Source: Acaryochloris thomasi RCC1774
Lineage (GTDB): Bacteria > Cyanobacteriota > Cyanobacteriia > Thermosynechococcales > Thermosynechococcaceae
NCBI RefSeq assembly: GCF_003231495.1
Contig: NZ_PQWO01000041.1
Span: 1-20,970, forward strand
DNA: 20,970 nt
Direction of reading: 5' to 3'
Shown: positions 7,775-15,385 of the stretch, piece after piece
Layout: each line of letters opens with the position of its first letter
How positions within the stretch are numbered: position 1 is the stretch's first letter
Position numbers and translations under genes: made by a program
The notes under the pieces: generated by a model
What the model was told of the DNA's origin: nothing
The model's input: the letters and a program-made list of their open reading frames with translations, nothing else
Databases searched by the model: none

Positions 7775-10462
7775 CTATTGATTAATGGTGGTGGTGTAGC
7801 GAAAGAATCCGTAGGCATTATTCGGCTGTCCTTGCCCCGTAGAGCCAGGAAAAAGCGTTAGGTTCGGCAGGCCGGTATTGGCGGCCCCAGTGATGTCAAA
7901 GATGAGGGTGCCGTTGGCGTTGGCTCCCTGGAGGTTACAGGTGGCGGGGAGGGTAGTACCTCCCGCAACGAATTGGGTGCGATCCGCTGCATCATTGGCG
8001 GCGCTTAGATCAAGAGTGGCGCTGGTGCCCAGACGAACCTGTACGTCTGGGTCTGGGCCACCGTAGGCGGCTAGCTTGAGCGCTTCTTCGGGTTGGATGC
8101 GATCGCAAAATCGTACGCCCTCTGCCGCGGAACTACCGGTATTCAAAAAGTAGACGGTGTATTCAACATCATCTCCAGGCTGGACCGTACCGGCATCAAT
8201 CTGGCCGACCAGATAATTCGCAGGCCAAAAGGGGTGGTTATCCGCGTCGGTGGATGTTCCCCCATCTTCCACATCGGTGAGCTGGGTGTTATTGATGGCC
8301 GTGATCCGCTTCACCAAAAGAACGTTAGGGTCGCTTACCTGATAGTCTTCGACTTCGCCATTACTGCCGCCACCGTTGAAGTCGCTTGTGGTTAACGGCG
8401 CGTCGTTGATGCGCAGGCGAGCATAATAGGTATCGCCTGCGGCCAATCCGCTTAAGTTTGTCCAGGTGAGTGTTGCTGTCGTGTCGTTATCTGCAACTGT
8501 GGCAACGACGCCTTCACTCGCTTGAAACGTTCCATCCTGATTAAAATCGATCCAACCGGCTAAATAGGCATCTTCGCCCGTTGTATTGGTCACCCTGACC
8601 GTTGCGCTATAGCTCGTTGAATTGCCAATAAAATTAACCCCCTCTTCGTCATCAGGGGCTGTGCCATTGTTATCATCGCCATCGGCATTACTGGTAGGCT
8701 GACCATCTGCCTCTAGATCAGGAGCAACCGTCCCTAGGTGGAGGTTTGCGCTAATGAGGTGACTGGCAGGAATACCCCCAACGGTAATATCTGTATCAGT
8801 GCCATAGGTATCAGGGGCATCACCAAAATCGTTATCGTCGGTGTCAGCAATGATCGTCTGCGTTTCTTGATCTTGAATGTTGCCAAAGACCCAAGTGTCG
8901 ATGAAGTTGGTGTTGCCAATTCCGCCACTGCTGAAATTGCCCCAAGTATGGCGGCCTGCAGGCGTATTAGACAAAGCACCGACCAGATTGCGAGTACCAG
9001 CGATTGGACTGTCGTCCCAATGATTCAACACAGGTGTTCGGGGGTTAGAACCATTGGCGTCCCAAATGGCTAGGCCGTTATTGGTCCCTCCTCCACTTGT
9101 CTCTGCATCAAAAGCAACGAAGTGATACTCTCCCAGGCCAATACTCACTTGTGCGGGGTAGGTTCCTGATGGCAAGACAGCAGCATTGATGCCCCGCCCA
9201 TCCCACTCGACAGCGTTAGCTCCTGCAGTGGCACTCCCAAATAAAACGCGATCGCCGTTATCAAAGCTTCTATTATCGTTGGTGTCAATGATGATTCTGT
9301 AAGTACCCGCAACGTCTAGATCAAATTGGAAGAAACCTGAATCTTGAACGTTGGTTGTTGAATTGGGAGAAATTGAATTATCTTGGCTGTTATTATCAAA
9401 AAATCGCAGATTAGTCAGATTCGGTGATGCTGGCTCTGGTAAGACCGGCAGTACGGCTGAACTTGAATTTGGTGGAGCCAAGTAGATCGGGAATTCTCTT
9501 GCAAAAGATGCACCGGAACTGCCTAATGCACTGGTACGGGAATTGGGTGGGTTAAGGCCAATGCTATTGGCCACGATCTCATGGCGCTGGGGGGCAAAGT
9601 TATTGAGATCGAGCTGCCAAATAAACTCTGTGTTAGGCCGTCCCCCCGGGGTTCTGATATAAAGGTCAGCGTCGTAACCCCCTGGTGCGAAGAAGGTGTT
9701 GCCTGCATTGAATGCCCAACTTGTGGCCCAAATTTGTCCATTATCTGCATTGGGATCGGGATTAACGGAGGCAGAGGAGGTAACGGTTATATCAAAGTAG
9801 GTAAAAACGTTGTTGCTACCACCACCGTTCCCTTGGCTAGTGTTAAACAAATTAATTTCATAGGTGCCTGCTTCCGACGCAATGAAACGAACGGGGGTCG
9901 TCAAATTGCCTACTGCACTATCAGGATTATCTTGGTTGTTGCAAAGCGTGGCTTGGGACGCAGTTTGTGCATTGCTCCCAGCTAAACGCCAAGCAGTGAC
10001 AGCACTATCGAAGAAACCAGGTGACCCGGCTGCCACTTGGTTGTTGTAGTCAAGCGGTGCACCCGAAGGGCGAAACACTCGGATAGCAGTAGTGTCTGTT
10101 AAAGACCAACCGCAGAGAGAAACGTTGATAACGTCACCAGGGTTTTCTACATTGACTTGAATCCCTCTGTTGGTACCTTGAATAAAGCCGTTAGCAGCAT
10201 TGTATTCAAACAGGAAAACGTTGAGTCCTTGGTCACCTCTGCCGAGCTGTTGAGAACCTTCACCCCAGGCAGGAATAGCTGAAGCTAATAAGATAATGGC
10301 TCCAAGACCAAGACTTGAAAGTGTAGAAGCAAGTCGCCCTCTGCTATTGGTCTGGGGCCGATCGTGAACAAGATTATAGCGATTATGATCTAACCCGACA
10401 ATACTTTTACTATTCTGAAGGGTCTGCTTAAATAATGACTTCATTATGACCTGATAATTCAA
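7775..10462 (-). CDS. large secreted modular surface protein P2: long signal peptide, unassigned ~475-aa N-terminal region, one GEVED module, shared C-terminal module
   Basis: 895-aa ORF. The track start is TTG at 10462, and the first ATG (MKSLFKQ...) at 10444 is the more likely start. The hydrophobic core LGLGAIILLASAIPAWG comes only after ~45 residues. The GEVED module runs DFGDAPDTYG...DDEEGV...GWIDFNQDG...YYARLRI...NGEVEDY. The tail is DPNVLLVKRIT...PGDDVEYTVYFLNTG...RFCDRI...LPATC...YGFFRY. Confidence 0.85.
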   Translation of the reverse strand: MNYQVIMKSLFKQTLQNSKSIVGLDHNRYNLVHDRPQTNSRGRLASTLSSLGLGAIILLASAIPAWGEGSQQLGRGDQGLNVFLFEYNAANGFIQGTNRGIQVNVENPGDVINVSLCGWSLTDTTAIRVFRPSGAPLDYNNQVAAGSPGFFDSAVTAWRLAGSNAQTASQATLCNNQDNPDSAVGNLTTPVRFIASEAGTYEINLFNTSQGNGGGSNNVFTYFDITVTSSASVNPDPNADNGQIWATSWAFNAGNTFFAPGGYDADLYIRTPGGRPNTEFIWQLDLNNFAPQRHEIVANSIGLNPPNSRTSALGSSGASFAREFPIYLAPPNSSSAVLPVLPEPASPNLTNLRFFDNNSQDNSISPNSTTNVQDSGFFQFDLDVAGTYRIIIDTNDNRSFDNGDRVLFGSATAGANAVEWDGRGINAAVLPSGTYPAQVSIGLGEYHFVAFDAETSGGGTNNGLAIWDANGSNPRTPVLNHWDDSPIAGTRNLVGALSNTPAGRHTWGNFSSGGIGNTNFIDTWVFGNIQDQETQTIIADTDDNDFGDAPDTYGTDTDITVGGIPASHLISANLHLGTVAPDLEADGQPTSNADGDDNNGTAPDDEEGVNFIGNSTSYSATVRVTNTTGEDAYLAGWIDFNQDGTFQASEGVVATVADNDTTATLTWTNLSGLAAGDTYYARLRINDAPLTTSDFNGGGSNGEVEDYQVSDPNVLLVKRITAINNTQLTDVEDGGTSTDADNHPFWPANYLVGQIDAGTVQPGDDVEYTVYFLNTGSSAAEGVRFCDRIQPEEALKLAAYGGPDPDVQVRLGTSATLDLSAANDAADRTQFVAGGTTLPATCNLQGANANGTLIFDITGAANTGLPNLTLFPGSTGQGQPNNAYGFFRYTTTINQ
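7778..8335 (-). other. shared C-terminal module, divergent copy in P2 (aa 710-895)
   Basis: It keeps the same anchor points as P1 and P3: LLVKRIT, PGD(D/E)VEYT(V/I)YFL, the A..V.FCDRI cysteine, the LP..C cysteine and a terminal aromatic-rich strand. It lacks the DYPYDDN/NWPNT insertion. Confidence 0.6.
8336..8830 (-). repeat. GEVED-type acidic module of P2 (aa 545-709)
   Basis: Same motif order as the two P1 copies. The DxNxDG loop DFNQDG lies at 8531-8548. Confidence 0.65.
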
Positions 10463-11743
10463 GAATTGAGGGTTAGTTCCAAAGAGACAGTAATGCTGGC
10501 ATTAGAGAATTATGTAGGTAATAAATTACCTATATATAGGAGGCTAAAATGCTATTTCAAAAGGGTCTTTGATGTTCTCGACTGTGGCTCAATGCCAAAT
10601 GTTAGCCACTATGAACGTGCCCATTCTTGCTAGAGAATGGGTTTATCCCGTAGTGCTTAATCTGCAGCTTTATGCCAGCTACCGCCTTAATGCAAGGCAG
10701 CTTATTGCAGTTTGTCTGCTGCGAGTACGAGACTCTGCAGCCAAATCTGCACCCCCTGTATCTCTAGGACACCCAAATTGGGTCTCGAATTGATCGTAGG
10801 CAGCACTGATTATGACCGTCATCATGCTGATAACTATATTGAGTATCGCTATTTTGTGAGGAGTCGCAATCGTGAAAACTACCGATCTTTATCGGCGTTT
10901 CACCTATACGGCAAATGCTTGCCATACTCTACTGATTTCAACCTCCTTAAAACTACGGATCTTTTTGCCTTAACTGGCAAATTTAACCCGTGGGTCTACG
11001 GAGAGAAGCATGGTCTTGAGGGAAACTAGCAGGGGTAGTTGTAGTTCCCTCGTGACCTGTTCGTTTGCAATGGCCTGGGGCCTTACGGCCAAGATTTTGC
11101 GTTCTAGAGTCGTAGCGAACCAGCAGCATAGAAGTGGGAGATTTAATGCTTTGGTGTTGGAAGAGCGCTTTGAATCTTGTCCATAAATCTATACTGCTAG
11201 GGGAAGGGTTGCGATCGCATCCATGATCTCGTCTATTTTGTATAACTTGTCCAGCCACCGTAGAACTTTTTGATACAAGCTACCGCACCTTCGTCTAAGA
11301 GCGGATCATTCCCGAGAATATGGCAGAGCTACCCAGATTCTATTGTTTTCTCCATTGGTGAGAGGTTTAAACGTGGCATCCAACCAGCGTCACCATTATT
11401 TTGAGCATCAATGTTGTCACTGGTAATACTGGCAAGAAGGCGATCCGCGACTCTAATGGTGGTAGTCCTAACCTGATTCGATTCCACTACCGTGACGGTC
11501 GCCCCAGAAACCGCGTCTCCCTCCCCTGAAAGCTGCAAAAAGCTGCATTCATATCTGGACTCTCGACAACTGATAGCGTCTGGGCCACGGCAGGGAGCGC
11601 CCACGGACTCAGTTCACTGCTTAGAAGTAGAACTATACTCAACTGATGGGAACTAATATTTGGTAAAGGAAAGCTCTCTTGAGATGGAATGAGTCAAGCG
11701 ACAATCCGTACTGCGTGTACTGGGTCGTCTTCAAATGCTGCCC

Positions 11744-14143
11744 CTATTTAACCTTGGCTCGAAAGCGGACCAAGCCGTAGGACGTCGCAGGATCACCTGA
11801 ACTATTGGCCTTGGGCAAATTTCCCAGATTCACTACAATGGCCCCGTTATCTTCGGTTTGGGCTGCTGCACCATCGCAGGCAGAAGGCAGTGTTTCACCG
11901 GATGGATAAAACCGTGCGGTATCACCGTCATCATCATTTGAGTAGGATAGCGTGCTGCCGTTATACTCCACTAAAATGCCACGATTGGCACCGACCCCAC
12001 CGCCAGTTGCAGCAGGCACAGAATTATAGGCATCTGAGACAAACGTCTGGAAATCTGGAACCTTGTCGCAGAGTTCAACATCTGATGCATCCACATCGCC
12101 AGTTGACAGGAAGTAGATGGTGTATTCCACTTCATCATCAGGGCGGGTTGTTCCCCCTTCACGGCCCCCGATCAGAAAAGTACTGCTAGTACTACCGGTG
12201 GTATTGGGCCAGTTTTCGGTATCAGGAGTGGGGAACTGCGCGTTTCCAGTCAGGCTGGGTTCCAGTGTGTTGTCATCGTAGGGATAATCTGCGTCTTCAA
12301 CATAGGCCGCGAGATCGGTGCTGCCATTGGTTGCGGTGCCGTTGACTCGAGTGATGCGTTTGACCAGTAGCAAATTCGGATCTTGAGGCTCACTGACGAT
12401 AACATCAGTGGGGTCGCTCTGAGCCGCTGTACCAGGATCATCACTCATACCGGAAAAGGGTATACCTGAGAACTCACCCCTGTAGTCAATATCAGCCTGA
12501 TTAGAAATGGTGGTCGGGAAGCTAGAAATTCCTGAATCAACCCTAACTCTGAATTTCACCACAACCGTATCGTCCACAGCTCCAGGAACATTAGGATCAT
12601 CAAAGGGGACAACGCCACCATTGAGAATACCAGCCCCAACTCCGGTTCTGAAGACAACACGGTTATTCGCGCTATCAAACTCAGCCCGATCATCATTAGG
12701 GGCATCTGAGGGGGCATCTGGAGTCGTAAACGTTGGGTCAGGATCTGTAATTATTTGTAGAGAGTCAGGCTCGTAAGTTGTGTTGGTAGGAATATCATCG
12801 GTCAGAATGGCATCAGTTGCATTATCGTTACCTGTATTTTGGTAAGTAATCGTATATTCCAGAACATCACCGGGAAAAACATCACCACCATTAATATCTG
12901 TAACCGTCTTAGTAAAGTTTTGGTCTAGTACAGGTTGAAAGACCTGAACGCTAAAGAAGAATGCAGTGGGATAGTAAACATCTCCCGTCGTCGTAAATTT
13001 TAGGTCAGCTGACGTTGCACCATTTGGAATAATAGGGTCACCACTGGTATCCAGTGCTTCAACAATATCTATATCCAGTGCCAAGAGATTAGAATAATCA
13101 GGATTTCGACTGATTGGGCCTAGTACTGGACCACCTGGAGTGGTAATAACGGAGGTATTTGTCTTGATCCCTATACCATATAGTGAGTTAGAGCTATTAA
13201 AAAAGTTGTTCGACGGATTATTGGCATCGGAGACAACCTGGTTATTGATCTGAAATTCATCTGGCTGGAAACGGACGTCACCTTCACTAATAAATGCTCC
13301 CATCGCGGCTTCAAAAGGACCAGCCTGTGGCGTTAAAAAGCCACTGATAGTGGCAGTTCGGTCAGTACCGCTAACAGGTAGGTACCCGTCAAAGATGGTC
13401 ATGTTACGAAGAACTTCTGTATCATCTTCGTACACGACAATTAGGGTCCATCCACCATAACGATCTGTGCCTTTACCTGTTTGAATATTGGCTCCGAAGT
13501 ATTCGCCGCTTCCGCCCTGCCGTACTAAGGTCGTAACGTCAGCAAAAGCGCTATAGCGAGTACTTGCAGCAGTACCGGAAGTATCTAGCTGCTCCGCAAG
13601 AACTGTCTGGTAAATGCCACCAGGCACCTTAAAGGACATCTGGCTGCGTGAAGCTGCACTTGGGGCTGTACTGCCACCTTGTCCACCCGCACTAGTGTCG
13701 CCAGTCCAGTAAAGTCCTGCCCAAACGATATTGAACCCAGAATTCGCGCTAGGGAATGTATAGGTCGATGATGAAGAGTTAAAGGTGGAAGCATCTCCAT
13801 CAATGTCGATGTAGTCAATGAAGAAGTCATTATTGGCAGTGGCAGGTGTGACTGTAGCGTTACGGGCCGCTGCACAGTTTGCTGAGTTGAAGGCGCCTGG
13901 AGCCGTCGAGCAGGTCGTAACGGCATTACCGAAAATTGTGGTGCGACCTCTGGCTTGAACCTTAAGACGAGGAGTGTAGTTGCGAGTTTGGGCCTGTGCG
14001 GGTGCCATCACCGTGCCGAAGGCTGCGAAAGAGGTCAGGGCCACTCCAGCCAAATAACCGAGTGTTTTACGATGTTTGGTGGGTTTGAGTCTCTGCTTGA
14101 TAAATTGAGACGTTTGCCTAAGAAATGGGGACGCAAATTTCAT
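11744..14143 (-). CDS. large secreted modular surface protein P3: signal peptide, unassigned ~350-aa N-terminal domain, DUF11 conserved-repeat domain, shared C-terminal module
   Basis: 799-aa ORF with an ATG start. The signal peptide ends AFGTVMAPAQA-Q after a long basic n-region. The DUF11 core is GDVLEYTITYQNTGNDNATDAILTDDIPTNTTYEPDSL. The tail is roughly 60 percent identical to the P1 tail in my hand alignment. Confidence 0.85.
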   Translation of the reverse strand: MKFASPFLRQTSQFIKQRLKPTKHRKTLGYLAGVALTSFAAFGTVMAPAQAQTRNYTPRLKVQARGRTTIFGNAVTTCSTAPGAFNSANCAAARNATVTPATANNDFFIDYIDIDGDASTFNSSSSTYTFPSANSGFNIVWAGLYWTGDTSAGGQGGSTAPSAASRSQMSFKVPGGIYQTVLAEQLDTSGTAASTRYSAFADVTTLVRQGGSGEYFGANIQTGKGTDRYGGWTLIVVYEDDTEVLRNMTIFDGYLPVSGTDRTATISGFLTPQAGPFEAAMGAFISEGDVRFQPDEFQINNQVVSDANNPSNNFFNSSNSLYGIGIKTNTSVITTPGGPVLGPISRNPDYSNLLALDIDIVEALDTSGDPIIPNGATSADLKFTTTGDVYYPTAFFFSVQVFQPVLDQNFTKTVTDINGGDVFPGDVLEYTITYQNTGNDNATDAILTDDIPTNTTYEPDSLQIITDPDPTFTTPDAPSDAPNDDRAEFDSANNRVVFRTGVGAGILNGGVVPFDDPNVPGAVDDTVVVKFRVRVDSGISSFPTTISNQADIDYRGEFSGIPFSGMSDDPGTAAQSDPTDVIVSEPQDPNLLLVKRITRVNGTATNGSTDLAAYVEDADYPYDDNTLEPSLTGNAQFPTPDTENWPNTTGSTSSTFLIGGREGGTTRPDDEVEYTIYFLSTGDVDASDVELCDKVPDFQTFVSDAYNSVPAATGGGVGANRGILVEYNGSTLSYSNDDDGDTARFYPSGETLPSACDGAAAQTEDNGAIVVNLGNLPKANSSGDPATSYGLVRFRAKVK
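11747..12385 (-). other. shared C-terminal module, copy in P3 (aa 587-799)
   Basis: DPNLLLVKRITRVNG...DYPYDDN...DTENWPNT...DDEVEYTIYFLSTG..DASDVELCDKVP..QTFV...GANRGILVEY...NDDDGDTARF...LPSAC...EDNGAIVVNLG...YGLVRFRAKVK runs directly into the stop codon. Confidence 0.75.
12386..12931 (-). other. DUF11 / conserved-repeat domain of P3 (aa 405-586)
   Basis: LDQNFTKTVTDINGGDVFPGDVLEYTITYQNTGNDNATDAILTDDIP.NTTY fits the canonical DUF11 pattern (K..., PGD.[LV].Y.[IV]...N.G...A..V...D.[IL]P). Confidence 0.65.
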
Positions 14144-14618
14144 GGTTAAAAATCAAGAAAAAATTATCTTAGGACTAACAAAAAATATTTTCAAAAATAT
14201 AACAACTGATGATTTATGAGAAAATAAAAGCTAAAGAATTGTTGCCCATATAGCTTCAGTATGATGTCGTCTAAGATTCTGCAAAAAATATTTCTTGCCT
14301 ACTTATTATTCCCGTCTTAAGTCAAGATTCTCTTGATTTTTTGTATATCTTGTGGCTTTTATGTATGTTTTCTGTATGCTTTTGGTGCGATAAAATAAGC
14401 ACCGGTGTGTTTAACGTTTTTAGTGCTTCTCCCAGTAATGGCCTGGGAGTAATCAGACAGAAATTTCTGATGCGCAACACGAAGTCCAGAGACACTAAGA
14501 ATTTCACGAATACTTTTGCACATCGTCTAGGTGCAAACTCAGGTGCATTGTGGCCGTGATGATCGTTAGTGCGGTTCCTTTCAAGGCAAGAGCGAATGCT
14601 CTATATGGCCCTCACCTT

Positions 14619-14650
14619 TCTCCCCTCTCCCAACGTTGGGAGAGGGGAGA
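14619..14650. repeat. 32-bp perfect palindrome TCTCCCCTCTCCCAAC|GTTGGGAGAGGGGAGA
   Basis: The two 16-nt arms are exact reverse complements with no spacer. The site lies 60 nt downstream of the stop of the 14710-15084 ORF. Neither side has a U-tract. Confidence 0.9.
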
Positions 14651-14709
14651 ACGATCCTTGCGCTATTCTGTTACAGTTCCCTGCTCTTAACGTTGTTGCT
14701 GTTGGCGTC

Positions 14710-15084
14710 TTACTTCACTAGTGCTTGACCCTTATGGTTTTGGGCTGTCTGTTGAATGGCTTCTAGCTGAGTCCCGCCGACCGCATTAAACAATGAATCT
14801 GAGATCACAATTTGAGCTGGGGTACTCCTAACAGGAGCATTATTGGCTTCCGTGACCTTTAGCTCTGCGTTGTTAGATATTCTCTTTCGCACGCTCTGGT
14901 TGTCAGGAGCTTTAAAAGACATCGTGGCTTGACCTTGCATGATCGTTCCTGGAGGGGTTGAAGCCAGTAGCGGTCGAGCCTGAATTGCGGCGCTGCCCTC
15001 TACCAAAGCGATCGCTAGCAGGATATACAAGGGCTTGATCAGCTGTTTGTTGTTTTGGATGAAAGATGCAGAGGGCTTAGACAT
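14710..15084 (-). CDS. small secreted protein carrying only the N-terminal motif seen in P1
   Basis: The ATG at 15084 gives MSKPSAS...LYILLAIALVEGSAAIQA, a signal-like segment. The track's TTG start at 15099 is the alternative. PPGTIMQGQATMSFKAPDNQSV..ISNNAELKVTE then parallels P1's APGTVIRNQATGSFVNPVDSST..IESNEVVVRVAE. Confidence 0.55.
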   Translation of the reverse strand: MSKPSASFIQNNKQLIKPLYILLAIALVEGSAAIQARPLLASTPPGTIMQGQATMSFKAPDNQSVRKRISNNAELKVTEANNAPVRSTPAQIVISDSLFNAVGGTQLEAIQQTAQNHKGQALVK

Positions 15085-15385
15085 GGTAGTGAAGGACAAA
15101 GAGTTTATACAATAGAAGGCTTAAGCGCGGTCAAAGAGAGTAAAGAGTGTCTAGTTTGTGCCGGTTCTCTCTCAGTTCAGACTGCTTTGCAGATACTGGC
15201 TTTCTGAACGCTTGATCCAAATGTGGATGACTGATGGTTGCGATCGCATCTACGAACAGGCTTATTAACGTATAACTTCAGGCCTAAGCAGGCAATCATG
15301 AACGGGAGGCGTTTAGGTTTTGGCAACTGGTCATGGCTAGAGCAATTGGCTTTAGGGGACATTCTAAGGGTCCGTCTGTGAGCAA

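Noticed and set aside
4464-10462. RTX toxin or type I secretion substrate interpretation of the acidic Gly/Asp-rich repeats.
   Set aside because: There are no GGxGxDxUx nonapeptide arrays. The proteins have N-terminal Sec-type signal peptides, which T1SS substrates lack. No ABC, MFP or TolC genes are nearby.
10569-11258. ORFs 10569-10793 (+), 10712-11029 (+) and 10983-11258 (-) as real genes.
   Set aside because: They overlap one another. Their peptides are Ser/Arg/Cys/His-rich with no motif, and some use non-ATG starts. I report the region as an unexplained gap, not as CDSs.
14619-14650. The 32-bp palindrome as a rho-independent terminator for the 14710 ORF.
   Set aside because: No T/U-run follows the stem on either strand. 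I keep it as a repeat or structural element instead.
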